Shown piece by piece: positions 48,004 to 59,723 of a stretch of 64,000 bases of DNA. Numbering within the stretch: position 1 is the stretch's first letter; every line of letters begins with the position of its first letter. The notes beneath the pieces are model-generated. The model saw nothing but the letters and a program-made list of their open reading frames with translations, ran no database searches and had not been told where the DNA came from. The stretch spans positions 57,661 to 121,660 of IMG/VR virus record IMGVR_UViG_3300011008_000067. One strand, 5' to 3'. A program made the translations under genes and the position numbers. This stretch comes from a virus. Lineage: Duplodnaviria; Caudoviricetes.

Positions 48004-51000
48004 TTATTTAAATCTTAATCGATATTTCATATCAGATGATTTACCATTAAGTTGCCCTAAAGTCATAGCTTGAACTAATTTCTCAAAATTCTTATCCTGT
48101 TGCATTTGCGAAACAAGTTCATTGTAATTTCTTACATTAGGCATAACAAAACTTATATTATCAAAGTTCTGTTCAACCTTTGTTCCGTTATGGATACCAC
48201 TAATAGATGATGTATTTAAACCTGATAAATTATTTGCTATGAAATTAGCAGGATTATTTGCAGCTTGCCACAAGTTTTCACTTGCCATAGCGTTATAAAT
48301 CCTATCGTCTGCACCAACACGAGTAAGTACAGCATGGTCAGAAGCACGTAAATACACTTCATTCGCGCCTTCTTGCGTCCATGCATAACCAGTAGTTCCA
48401 ACACGTTTTGCGCCTGTCGCATAACTTTTCCTGTTTTCGTGTTGACCATATTGTAACCAGTGTTTATAGTATTCTTTTGTGTTCTTTCCAAAAGCCTTCG
48501 CAACATCTTTATTGTTGCTCTTGTACTTGCTGAAGTTAAAATTCTTATTTGGTGAACGACCTTCATTGATTCCATATGACATAAAATGTTTGTAGTATTC
48601 AGCAAGGTTATTACCGAACGCCTTCTGTAAATCTTTATATTGATTCTTGTAATAATGTACATTAAATAATGCGTTGCCTTGTCTACCTTCTTTCATACCA
48701 TATTGTTTAAAGTGTTCAAAGTATTTCTCTTCATCATTTCCAAAAGCCTGTTGTAAATCTTTGTTGTGTGAACGGTAGAAGTTATAATCATAAACATACG
48801 CCCAATCACCGTATTTAGCAAATTGCTTTTGAGAATTTTGTTTAGCAAGTTCCGTTTGATACTTCTTTTCAGAAGTTTTCATTATATCACCTATGGAAGT
48901 TGTAGCCTTAGATGCGTTGCTTGCTTTTGCCTTTGTGCTTTTTGCTTTTTTCGCTGCATCAGCCTCTTGTTTTTTCTTATTGCTTGACTCAGCACCGATA
49001 GCAGAGGAGTCAGATTTAGCAACCGCATCGGCTTGTTGCCATAATCCATAAACAGCATCACGAACACTAAGAATAGTTTGATTGATAGTTGTTAATGCTG
49101 ATAAATGTCTATCGCCATAGACGTTCAACACAGTATCAAGACTTCCATCCCAAATATCTTTTAATTCTGAACTTAACGTCAACCCAACAGAATCAGCTTT
49201 TTCTTTAATTGTTTCAGAAATAGAAGATGCATTTTCGTTTGAAGAATCTATTACGTTTTCTATAAGCGTATCAATGTTATCCAATCTCTTGTTTAATGCT
49301 TCTTGATAATCGTCATAGAAATTATCAAGCATTTTCTTTGAATCGGACACCATGCGATCATACTCTGTTTCTTCTAACTTATCTTGTTTCTCTTTTAACT
49401 CGACACTAATCTTTTGAATCTTTGCGCGAGTTTCTTCTGTAACGTCATTAGCATACGCCGATAACTGTTTCTGGAGCGAAGATATTTCAGATGTTTGCTT
49501 TTGAATGTTCTTTTGATAATCATAAAGGTCTTTTTGATTATCTAATGCATCTTTGTACTTTTCTATGATATCATCAAGATAATCTAATTCCTGTTTAAAC
49601 CCATCCGATATAAGGGATTTAATAGAATGTTTCTCATCCTCGGCAGCTTTAATAGATTCTCTTTGCGCTTTTAGTAATTCCTTTCTCCGTTCTAACAAAT
49701 CAGAATTAGAACTATCATTTGCAATTTCACTATTAAGTCTGATAATTTCATTCGCGTATCTGTCTGCTTGGTTCATTGCCACATCATAATTCATAGCATG
49801 TAAACCAAGAATAGCTTTTCCATTATCGTTGATTGCGCCATTATCTTCAAATATTACACTATCTTCAAATAAGTCAATTAGGAACTCCGCTTCTTCACGT
49901 ATATCAGAGATTGAATTTTGTAGATAATCGAATTTATCCCATTTGATTTCTCTTACTTTATTAGCATATTCTTGAGCCTTCTTGATAGCTTCTTGTTCTG
50001 CTTCTACGGCATCATTGATTCTTTCAGTCATTTCGTACCATGCTTCTGAACCACGCCTAATTTCGCCAGTACCTACTGCTTTTGTTAATTGCTTTTGAAG
50101 GTCTTTTGCTAATTGTGAAGCATTTTTAGCATTGCTTTCCGCTATACTTTTTAGCTTTGAATAATAAACGCTACTTGTTTTTAACCCCTTTGCTTCTGCA
50201 ATGTCGAGATAATTATTATATTCTTTTGATAAATGTTCTGACAGAGACAATTTATTTTTGTATTCATCATAGATACTATTGAATACTTTTACATATTCTT
50301 TAGAAATGCTATTTGAAACTTTAATAATATCTTCGTTTAAGTCATTTATCTCATCCTCGACTTCTTGAATATCCTTTAATAATTTATAGTATTCTTCAGA
50401 ACCTTTTGCTACAATGCCTTTTGTTGTTCCGCTTGCAAGTTTATCTGTAAGTTTCGCAAGTTCACTTTTCCGTTTTGATCTTTGGTCTGAAAGATTATTT
50501 ATTAAAGCAAGATAAGATTTGATATTTGCATTTGACGCATCTCTGCTGAGTGACATTTGTACATAATCACTCGCAAAATCTTCTCTTCTTGTTATTAATG
50601 ATTTTACTTTGTCAGCGGTTTGTTCTAAATTTTGAAGCGCATTTTCCCATGTTGTAATGATGTTCTTGAATTGACTTGAATACAAATCTTTTAATTCAAG
50701 TTTAAGATCACGAATTGCTTCTTGACACTTGACTGCGTTTTCATACCACTTTTTATATTGTTCTATGTTTTTACGTGTTTCATCGTCATATTCATTAATA
50801 TCAATCGTTCCGGCTATGACTTTATCACGTAAATCTTGCGCGAGTGGTACGGAATTTGCTTGACCTATATATCTTTGATATGCTTGACCTTGTAAATCTA
50901 TTTCTTCTGTTGTTTTCTGAATTTGACGTACAAGATTATCATTACGAGTAGACCATTTTGCGAAAGTGTCTTTTGATGCTTTATCGAGTGTTTTTATTTC

Positions 51001-54000
51001 TTCCTCGACACGCTTCAATTTAATTTCTATCCAGTCAATGTAATCAGCTTTAGAATCTTTAGCTTTAGAAGAAGATGATGATGAATTTCCACCTCCACCA
51101 CCGCCTGAACTTCCACCGCCAGAGCCTCCAGAACCTCCAGAGCCACCGCCACTATTTGAACTTCCTCCAGACGATGAAGAACCACCAGAGCCAAGTCTAA
51201 AAGCTGTACCTTCAGCTAATGCTCGTCCTCTGCGATTGCCGTGTGTTATTTTCCCTTTTTCAAATATCTGTTTTGTTTGTTCCGCATTGAAGATTATATC
51301 GTCCTTCTTATACGCGAACATTTCTGCACCAGTATCGCCAATAGTAAAGAATTTGCCATCCCTTACAACTAACTCGCGTCCAAGTTCACCACCAAGCGCA
51401 ATACCGCTTGATTTAGTTCCCCAATCACCTCTTGCATACGCTGTACCTCTTGCATGTGCCGTTCCGTCAACAGCAGGAGGTGAACCAACTGTAACAATAT
51501 GATATGTAACAGTTCTACTAATATTAGGATATGACGGTGGAGAAGGCGCATTGATGTGATAGTTTACCGCCGGATTTTGGTCTGGATAAACTGGTGCTGC
51601 TGGTGCATTAATTCCATACGCTACTTGCGGAGATTGATCCTCGTATTGTGGTGCTTCTGGTGCATCTACATTTACACTGACATTTATAGCTTGACCGCTT
51701 AATCCACTAATCGCGCCACTTGCAGCGGAAGTATCGGCATTAACAGTTGCAGTAACGGATTGACCTTCTAAAGAACTTAATGCGCCATCTGCACCAGATG
51801 TATCAACATTCATATCAACATCTACTTGTTGACCTTGAAGTGATTCTGCTGCGCCTTCTGCCTGTGACGTATCAACATTCATGGAGACATCTATTTGTTG
51901 ATTTGACAGAGAACTTATTTCGCCTTCTGCTTGTGATGCATCTGCGTTAAGTGTTGCTTCAATCTCTTGCCCTGATAATGATCCTATTGAATCTTCTACG
52001 GTTGCTGTGTTTACATTAGCATCTAATTCAATAGCATCGCCTTCTGGTGCTTCAATTTCAGATGCTTGAATTTTTCCACCTTCGATAGTTGCTTCTTCGC
52101 CACTAAGACCATCTGTATCCAATTCATTTGCTTTGACTTTAGCTTCTATTTCAAGTTCAGATGAACCAGATAATTCTTGCATGTCGGATTGGAATTGAGC
52201 GAGCATATCGGGGTCTAATGCAGCATTCTTTAGTGAAGCAGTAGACATTGGTTGTATACCGCTTTCTTCTGCTAATTGCTCTTGTGCGTTTTTAGAAGAT
52301 TCTTTTTGAATATTTGAAACTTCTTCAGATGATTTTTGTGCGCCCTCTACATGACCTTCTTCAGCACCTTTTGAAACAGCGTCTTTAACTTCGTTCTGCA
52401 AAGCAGTAGTGTCTTGTTGATTGAGTGTATCAATTACCGCTTGTTGTGCTTGGATAAGTTGTTCTTGTGCTTGTTGCCTTGCGCCTTCGGAAGTCGCATT
52501 AGCTAAATTTTGTTTAAATTGATCGACTGCTCCGAGTTGGTCTTTTAAAGTTACTGGTATTTCAACGCCTTCAGAAGTCAATCCTTGCATTTCCATTGAT
52601 TTCTGAATGTAAGAACCTTGTTGTGCAATTAACTGCGCATTTGTTTCTCTCGTTCCGACAGAACCATTTCCGTTACTTCCTTCACCTTCACGCTGTCTTT
52701 GCAACTGATCCATTTGGTTCTGAATTTCAGCCAAATCATACTCGAACTTAATATGAACTACTTGTTCTTCAGTAAGCCCTGATAAATCTTCTTCAAAAGA
52801 ACTATATTCTTGGTCGAAACCTTCTATGATGTCTTTTACTCTATCTTTGCCTTTTCCGCTTTCCATATCATCGTAAACGGATTTAAGACCAGCGAGTGAG
52901 TCAGAAAACTCGTTAAGCATATCGCCTGACTTTTCAACACCATCAAATTCATAACCATATGCTTCAAGTGCGCTTAATACTGTTTCGACAGCACCAACAC
53001 TAACTCCTAATTTATCTGCTGCTTCTGCTGTGGAATTAAATTGTGATTCTATATCCCACAATCCTTTATCGTCTGATTTGTTTACGTTAAATAATCCGGC
53101 ATCTGCGAAATCGTCTACTGCATTCATCATAGACTGCGTTTCATCTTCACCAAACCATCTTTCAGCTTTTGCTAATCCTTGTTCAAACGCCTCTTGATAA
53201 ACATCGGCAGCATAGCCTCCGGCTTCTTTTGCTTCTTTAGCTTGTTTCTTTAAATTCTTAGGACTTAGGAACTGCGCGATAGATTGGAAATCGTCTGTTC
53301 CTGTTTTTCCTTCTTCGAGAAGTTCTTTTCCTTTCTTTACGGCTGATTGAATTGTAGACCAACCAGCGTCTTGGTCTGCGGATTTAGACGCTTCTTCTAC
53401 GTCCTCGACAGATACTCTAAAACTATCAAGTTTATTTGTAGCACCATCGATTTCTTCTGAGGCATCTTTAAAGTAATCTCTTAATTGTTTATAATTACTT
53501 ATGCCTAAGTCATCCATAGTCAAACCGACTTCGCCTAAAGCCTGTTTTAGATTCTTACCCTCTTTGACGGAATCTCGCAAATAATCTTTAATTGCCCCTT
53601 TTCCTTTGCCATCAAAAAAGTTTTCAAGATTATCTAATGCTTTTTCAGCAGGGGTCATGTCAATTTGTCTGAATCCTTTTGCAATATCATTTACATCTTC
53701 AATGTATTTCTTTGCGTAATCAGAATCAGCACCATATTTCAACATGGTATCAGCTTGGTCTTGAATGATGTCAAGATAACCAGCCGTTTCAGCGGTAGCT
53801 TGTGAAATCTTAGAGTTTAAATCTTCCCTTTGTTTAATTTCTTGATCTGTTAAATTACCTGATTTCTTTGCTAATTTTTCATCTAAACGACTTGATTCTT
53901 CTTTTAACGAATTGAGACTTTCAAGAGATTTTCTGGCAAGGTCGATGTTTGTTGTACCACCTTCTTCCCAAAGGTCTTTTTCATCTTTTCCAGTGTATCT

Positions 54001-54901
54001 TCCGTTTTCATCATAAACAGCTTTTTGGCTTGTAATATAATCCCAAACAGAAGCAATACTGCCGAACACGCCTTCGCCGTGTTGTCCTCTAATATGCTCC
54101 CAATAAGACTTTTCCGCTTTTGAAGCCTGTTCTGTATCTACTAAAGCGGTTTTCTTTTTCGATTCAGCAATCTTTTCTTGAATTTTAATTTGATTCTCAA
54201 GTTCTGCACTTGCCTCTGATAATCTTGAAAGTTCTGCTTCATCCACAAAGTTTAGAGTTGTATCACTCGCTTCAACTTTATTTATTATATCATCAACAGT
54301 ATCAGCACCTTCTACTTCGATATTGTATTTAAGTGCTATACCTTTTGCTTGCTCAAAGTTTTCACCTTGTTTGCCTTGAAGAGATTCAAGTTTAGACTGT
54401 GCATCTTCGTATTCTTGAACCGAAACTTCTGCTTGATCTTGCGCTCTTGTCCAACCAGAATTAAGATAGTCAAATCCTTTATAAGCACCAAAAGCAACTG
54501 CTGCTGCTATTAGCGGAGCAGCCATTGTAGCCATACTTGCTAAACCGCTACCAAACGCTCCTATCCATGTCGCACCATCTTTAAAAGCAGAAACCACGCC
54601 CATAATGCCCTTGGCAAGCGTACCACCAACAAGTAAAGTTCCGACTAAACCTATCTTGTCTGTTATTGCATCAAATACTCCAAGTATACCAGTGAGTCCA
54701 TCTAAGACTGCACCCATGTCACTACGTTGGAATAGATTTTGCCAAATGCCTGTACCTGTTTCTTTAAGAGCATTTAGTTTGTATGATATTGAATTTGTTA
54801 TGATTTCCATTTCTGCGTCTGCTGCGCCAGCAGAAGTGGACATCTTTTTTATTGCTTCTTCGGCTTGTGAAAAATTGGAAATTACGGCAGCACCAATTTG
54901 T
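48004..54901 (-). CDS. tape measure protein, exon 4
   Basis: Frame open upstream of ATG54843 (QIGAAVISNF...); long Ala/Ser/Lys helical protein upstream of Dit. Confidence 0.9.
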
Positions 54902-56502
54902 CATTACATTCAGAAAGGTCATAACTCTTTCCAGTTTAATCTAAAATTTACTATGCTGTATTGATATAAAAACCATTTTTATAATCTTCTTCGAATCTTT
55001 CCCATTGTTCTTGTGTATTATTATATCTTCCATATATACTATGAAATAAATCATGTATGTCTTTTCTTATACATACACCTAATGGGTACTTATTATGTTC
55101 ATCAATAAATGCTGATGTTATCTCAGCTAATTCTTTTTGCGTGTAATCATTAAAATCTTTAATAATATAATTAGAACTATTAAAAAAATCTGAAACTATA
55201 TGGTTGAAACTATATAGATGATGAATATGAAATTTTTTTGATCCTGTAAGCACACACTGATAATCACAATTACGCATAGAATCTGTTTTCCATGTTTGTA
55301 ATTGACCTCTAAGGTATTTGCTAATATCCGAATATTTCAAATTATCTTTGTCAACCCTCATTAATCCTAATCTATGTCTACGTTCAGATATTGATAACTT
55401 CGGTTTCCTTATTAAATTAGATAATTCATCATCAGACATATTCTCCCAATTATTCAGAAGTAAATTATCTTGCTCTTCATTCCAATATGTTTGGTTGTAA
55501 AAGAACGAAAACAGATTCAAAATACGTGCGTGACTTATAATAGCATTTCTACTTCTTGCCGGAATTAGGTTACATACTTCATCTATCGGCTTAGTTGGAT
55601 AATGTATTTTTAATAGTTTATTTTCTTCTTCACTCCAATCATCATCTGTTGAATATCCAAAATATCTAAATGCTTTTGTCTGTATCGCATCCTTTGAATA
55701 TTTATAGCCATAATGAGATTCAAGTTCATCAAGTGTGTAATTAAAATAATTATGTTTTAGAAATTCTAATTCAGATTCATTCCAGAAGAAATACTCTGCT
55801 GTTATTCCCAATTTATGCGCCTGTGAAATAATTGATTGTTTCGTTGAATTAGGAAATCTTTTCATAATAGCATCCCAATTACCAATAGGATATTCCCTCT
55901 TTATAAATTCTATATCTTCATCTGAATAATGATTTTTTGAAAATTCATATACTCCCAATCGTTTTAACTTATTTATAATACTTGATGAATTTCGTTTATA
56001 CTTTTCTGCCAACTTATATGGTTTCATTCCAGATTTATAATCTTCAATTATCATTTCTAATTCTTCTTTCGTAAATTGTCTTGCCATGCTTCTCCTATGC
56101 ATAGCTTTTAGATTAAACATCCTATACTTTCATATAGGTTTTGACTATTTCTTCACCCTCGCCGTTATGTGTTAGGGGCATACCTTTTCCATTTAAGAGG
56201 TTTTCACTCACGCCTAAATTTGCGCCGTACTTCTATTGATATGACTATTCAGGATTTCCACCTTTATTTGATTGTCATATCCCTTATGGGGAATAGTCGA
56301 TGAACATTTACCCTCGACTTAATTAACATATGGTCTATGTATGACGTTAGGGTACTTTGCTACATGAACATCCATTGTTGCATCCTTGCGTTGTCAAACC
56401 TTCATAACGTGCTTTCGCCGTTATTGTGGTGCAAGGCTTTAGGAATTACCTGTAATTAAATATGTTCTTTGCATGTATTTCTACATGTTAGGGCAACTTT
56501 CT
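54902..56502 (-). mobile_element. group I intron 3 in tape-measure gene
   Basis: P1 AGGGCA/UGCCCU, P2 CAUGUA-GAAA-UACAUG, R UUCAUCGACUA, S AAGAAAUAGUC, terminal G; splicing restores GKTRA-QIGAA. Confidence 0.9.
54951..56087 (-). CDS. intron-encoded HNH endonuclease with W..EE..L helical repeats
   Basis: CVLTG..HIHHLYSF...GVCI...HDLFH; AGGAG RBS. Confidence 0.8.
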   Translation of the reverse strand: MARQFTKEELEMIIEDYKSGMKPYKLAEKYKRNSSSIINKLKRLGVYEFSKNHYSDEDIEFIKREYPIGNWDAIMKRFPNSTKQSIISQAHKLGITAEYFFWNESELEFLKHNYFNYTLDELESHYGYKYSKDAIQTKAFRYFGYSTDDDWSEEENKLLKIHYPTKPIDEVCNLIPARSRNAIISHARILNLFSFFYNQTYWNEEQDNLLLNNWENMSDDELSNLIRKPKLSISERRHRLGLMRVDKDNLKYSDISKYLRGQLQTWKTDSMRNCDYQCVLTGSKKFHIHHLYSFNHIVSDFFNSSNYIIKDFNDYTQKELAEITSAFIDEHNKYPLGVCIRKDIHDLFHSIYGRYNNTQEQWERFEEDYKNGFYINTA

Positions 56503-56736
56503 GCCCTCGTCTTGCCGAATAACTCATCGAGAAGTTGGGCTTGGTTTTTATCCGATAAATCATCCCAAACTGCCGAAATTTCCTTCAGAACTTGATAGGT
56601 AGATTTGTATGTATCCTCATCTTCCATGATCGAAACTTTCCCACCTGTCAACTCGTAAACATCACCTTTAATATTCACAAGATTGTCATCAAGTTCCTCG
56701 GTTTCCTCATTCATGCCTCGTATACGCATCGAGATT
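56503..56736 (-). CDS. tape measure protein, exon 3
   Basis: ISMRIRG...YKSTYQVLKEIS.VWDDL...LFGKTRA, typical TMP segment. Confidence 0.88.
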
Positions 56737-58167
56737 CTTTATATTTATGTTAGTCGCAAGCTAACACGCATTGTTTGTTTTCTCCTTCAGTTCATTTATT
56801 TTAGATAATAAAAAATATTCCATATTATCTCTTTCCCAATACGGAATTTCGATAATTGGAATATTGTTTTCTTTACAATAATTAAGTTTGATTCTATCTC
56901 TAATCTGTATTATTTCAAGCTGTTGTTCAGCCCATTCTTTTCCTTTTCCCGAAAAATTAATAGGCATATAATGTTGTTCGCCTTGATATTCAAATAAAGC
57001 GTTCAACTCATTAACATAAGCATCAAACTTCAGAGGATATTTGTATCTGCAATCATCATAAGAATATTGTCTTTCTACTGTATAACCGAATGAATTAAGT
57101 AATTCTAATAATTTCCTTTCACCTTTTGATTGATTACAACTTGGACAAGATGAATCACCGCTTAATATGTGACAAACAGGTGAATCCCATTCTGTGTCAT
57201 CAATCAAACACTTACATTTAATGTAATTGTGATAACCAGTATATTTTCCTATTACTTTTATATTCGGATTTTTATTTTGTATTCTTCTGACAATATCTTC
57301 TTCATTCGCCATCTCAGCTAAGTTTGCTTTCTTCCTTCCACATTTGGGGCAACCGCCTCCGTACAATATTACAGAAGGTCTTGCTTCCCATTCGTTGTCG
57401 CAAACCTTACACCGACATTTTACTTTATCAAACCATTTTTTATATTCAGATAAAACTTCAATATCTGGATTTGCGATTCTAACACGATCACGAAAAACAT
57501 CTTTTAACTTTCCACCATTACAATATTGGCATACATGATTATATCTCTTAAAGTTATAGACTGTACTTTCTTGTAAACCAAAATCTCTATGTTTATTGCA
57601 AACAAACTGAATAAATCTTTCACGCTTGTTATTTTTTATTTTTGATTCAACACCAATATATTCAACATCGTGTTTATCGCATAATTCTCTTAATTTATTT
57701 TCATCATATATCAATAACAATATTAAACAAAACAATGCCTCATACCTTCGTATGAGAATAGACTATATTTCAACCACACTCAAAGAGTAGCAGTAATACC
57801 TTTTCCATTTAAGGGGTTTTCACCCACGCCATTTGCGATTGCGCCGTACTTCTAATGATTTGGATATTCAGGATTCCACCTTTATTCTTATTCCAAATCC
57901 CTATAAAGGGAATAGTCGTTGAGCGTTTACCCTCGCCTTATCTATTCTTTTGGTAAGAATTACGTTAGGGTACTTCGTTGCTGAACTGTGATTTTCTTCA
58001 AGTAGAAGAGTAGCACTTAGGTTTTTAGCCTTATGCTATCCTTATGTTGTTTCTGCTTTCGCACCATCATAACGTGCTTTCGCCGTTATTGTGGTATAAG
58101 GCTTTACACTTTACCAGCAATTAAATATTTACTTTATGCACATTTCTGTACATACGCACAATATCCT
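56737..58167 (-). mobile_element. group I intron 2 in tape-measure gene
   Basis: P1 CGCACA/UGUGCG, P AAUUGCUGG, Q UUCAGCAAC, R CUCAACGACUA, S AAAUAUAGUC, terminal G; splicing restores GNGLRT-ISMR. Confidence 0.9.
56761..57735 (-). CDS. intron-encoded endonuclease (zinc ribbons + Vsr-like PD-(D/E)xK)
   Basis: CPKC/CPSC repeats, SKGE, LKFDAY..EYQGEQHY; start uncertain. Confidence 0.8.
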   Translation of the reverse strand: MFCLILLLIYDENKLRELCDKHDVEYIGVESKIKNNKRERFIQFVCNKHRDFGLQESTVYNFKRYNHVCQYCNGGKLKDVFRDRVRIANPDIEVLSEYKKWFDKVKCRCKVCDNEWEARPSVILYGGGCPKCGRKKANLAEMANEEDIVRRIQNKNPNIKVIGKYTGYHNYIKCKCLIDDTEWDSPVCHILSGDSSCPSCNQSKGERKLLELLNSFGYTVERQYSYDDCRYKYPLKFDAYVNELNALFEYQGEQHYMPINFSGKGKEWAEQQLEIIQIRDRIKLNYCKENNIPIIEIPYWERDNMEYFLLSKINELKEKTNNAC

Positions 58168-58517
58168 GTGCGGAGTCCATTACCTACTTTGGACGCATCT
58201 TGCACAATTTCAGTACCAGCAGTAATTAAAGCAATAGTTTCATCAAGTGAGTTATTCGCTACTGCCATAGCACTTGATGAATTTTTAAGAGCAGTCATAA
58301 CGTCTGCATTTGACAATGCAAAACTGTTACCGACTTTATTAACTTTAGACATTACACCGTCAAGAACATCATCAGCTTCAATTCCGAATGCCTTCATCGT
58401 ACTGACAAGACTTGAAGTGCTTTCTTCAACACTCATCCCCGGACTTATCGCTGCAAACTGCGATGATAATTTGCTCATCGTTTTTGCATCTGACAGGTTA
58501 TATCCAAGACGAGACCA
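58168..58517 (-). CDS. tape measure protein, exon 2
   Basis: WSRLGY...STMKAFGI...NKVGNSFA...GTEIVQDASKVGNGLR, TP901-type TMP core. Confidence 0.9.
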
Positions 58518-59723
58518 CCTTTTGTTACTCTCTTCAAAATAGAAGAGGAGTAGGTCATTTCTGCCTACTTCTGCAATTTCATTTTTAGATTATATTTGCA
58601 GAGCAGAGTACATCTTCACCATGCGCAAAATGCGTTTAGGTGTTCAGCGTGTAAACATACATTACTGCATGTAAAACTTACTCGTTACGGGTTCAAAACA
58701 TTTAATATCAATTTTTCTATATTTTCTATTGTTTCTCCATATTGTATTTCTAATAATACTATATCATTATCTTTGCAGTACCTTCTCTTAATAGAATCGT
58801 TTCTTTTTCTATCCTCGAATCCTTGCACACCGCCAAAATAATCGACTACTTGATAATGCTGTTTTCCTTGATATTCAATACATACATTGTTTTCAGGCAA
58901 ATAAAAATCGAACGGCAATCGCCGTTCGTGTTTGCAATCATCAAATCTATATTGATTTATAAAAGAAATGTTATGGTTTTGCAGTATTTCTTGAATGATA
59001 TATTCTCCTTTACTTCTTCCCATACATCCACACGATGTAGTATGTCCAGTAGTCAAAGAAGAACCATCCACAATGCAAATGTTTCCACAATCACATTCAC
59101 ATGAGTATGTTCTTCTATCGTATTGGCTTCGATCTAATTCTTTTATAGCTGTTAATAATCCAAATTTTTTACCTATTATATTGTTCTTTAATGAATTTAT
59201 GTAATCTAATTTATTGCATCCGCATGATTGTTTATGCCCTCGTTTTAAATTTGAAGACTCACAATAGGTTATATTACCACAATCACACTTGCATTCCCAT
59301 ATAACTGAACCGTTTGCACTTCTATTACCTGAATCTTTAATAACTGTTAGTTTCCCAAACCGTTTCCCAATTATATCTGTCTGTGCATGATTACGATTAT
59401 ATCTTGATTCTTTTTCATAACATCCACATGATTTAGATTTTCCTTTTATTACGTTGTAGAAATTCATTTCTTTCTTATTTCCACATTGACATTTACAAAA
59501 TGCTTTTCTTTGTTTTCCAATTTTATAAATATCAAGAATTGTTAATAGGTTGTATTCGTTTCCAATATATTCATCATAATTTTTCTTTTTTATCAAATTA
59601 CCACATCCAATGATATGATATTAAATGTTTTGTCTTGCCCTCGGAATTGTCCTTCTCAGGATTTTTCCCGATAAAAGCTGAATGTAAACTTATATGTTTC
59701 CATATAAGAGGACTTATAGGTTA
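58518..59723 (-). mobile_element. group I intron 1 in tape-measure gene
   Basis: P1 GGAU/GUCC with U.G, P2 CUUAUAUG-GAAA-CAUAUAAG, P3 UUCAGC/GCUGAA, P7 GAGUA/UACUC, terminal G; splicing restores GAAD-WSRLG. Confidence 0.9.
58685..59596 (-). CDS. intron-encoded endonuclease (FG.LTV...CxCDCGN repeats + Vsr-like PD-(D/E)xK)
   Basis: Three CxCxCG/SCGC repeats, SKGE, LPFDFYL..IEYQGKQHY. Confidence 0.82.
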   Translation of the reverse strand: MIKKKNYDEYIGNEYNLLTILDIYKIGKQRKAFCKCQCGNKKEMNFYNVIKGKSKSCGCYEKESRYNRNHAQTDIIGKRFGKLTVIKDSGNRSANGSVIWECKCDCGNITYCESSNLKRGHKQSCGCNKLDYINSLKNNIIGKKFGLLTAIKELDRSQYDRRTYSCECDCGNICIVDGSSLTTGHTTSCGCMGRSKGEYIIQEILQNHNISFINQYRFDDCKHERRLPFDFYLPENNVCIEYQGKQHYQVVDYFGGVQGFEDRKRNDSIKRRYCKDNDIVLLEIQYGETIENIEKLILNVLNP

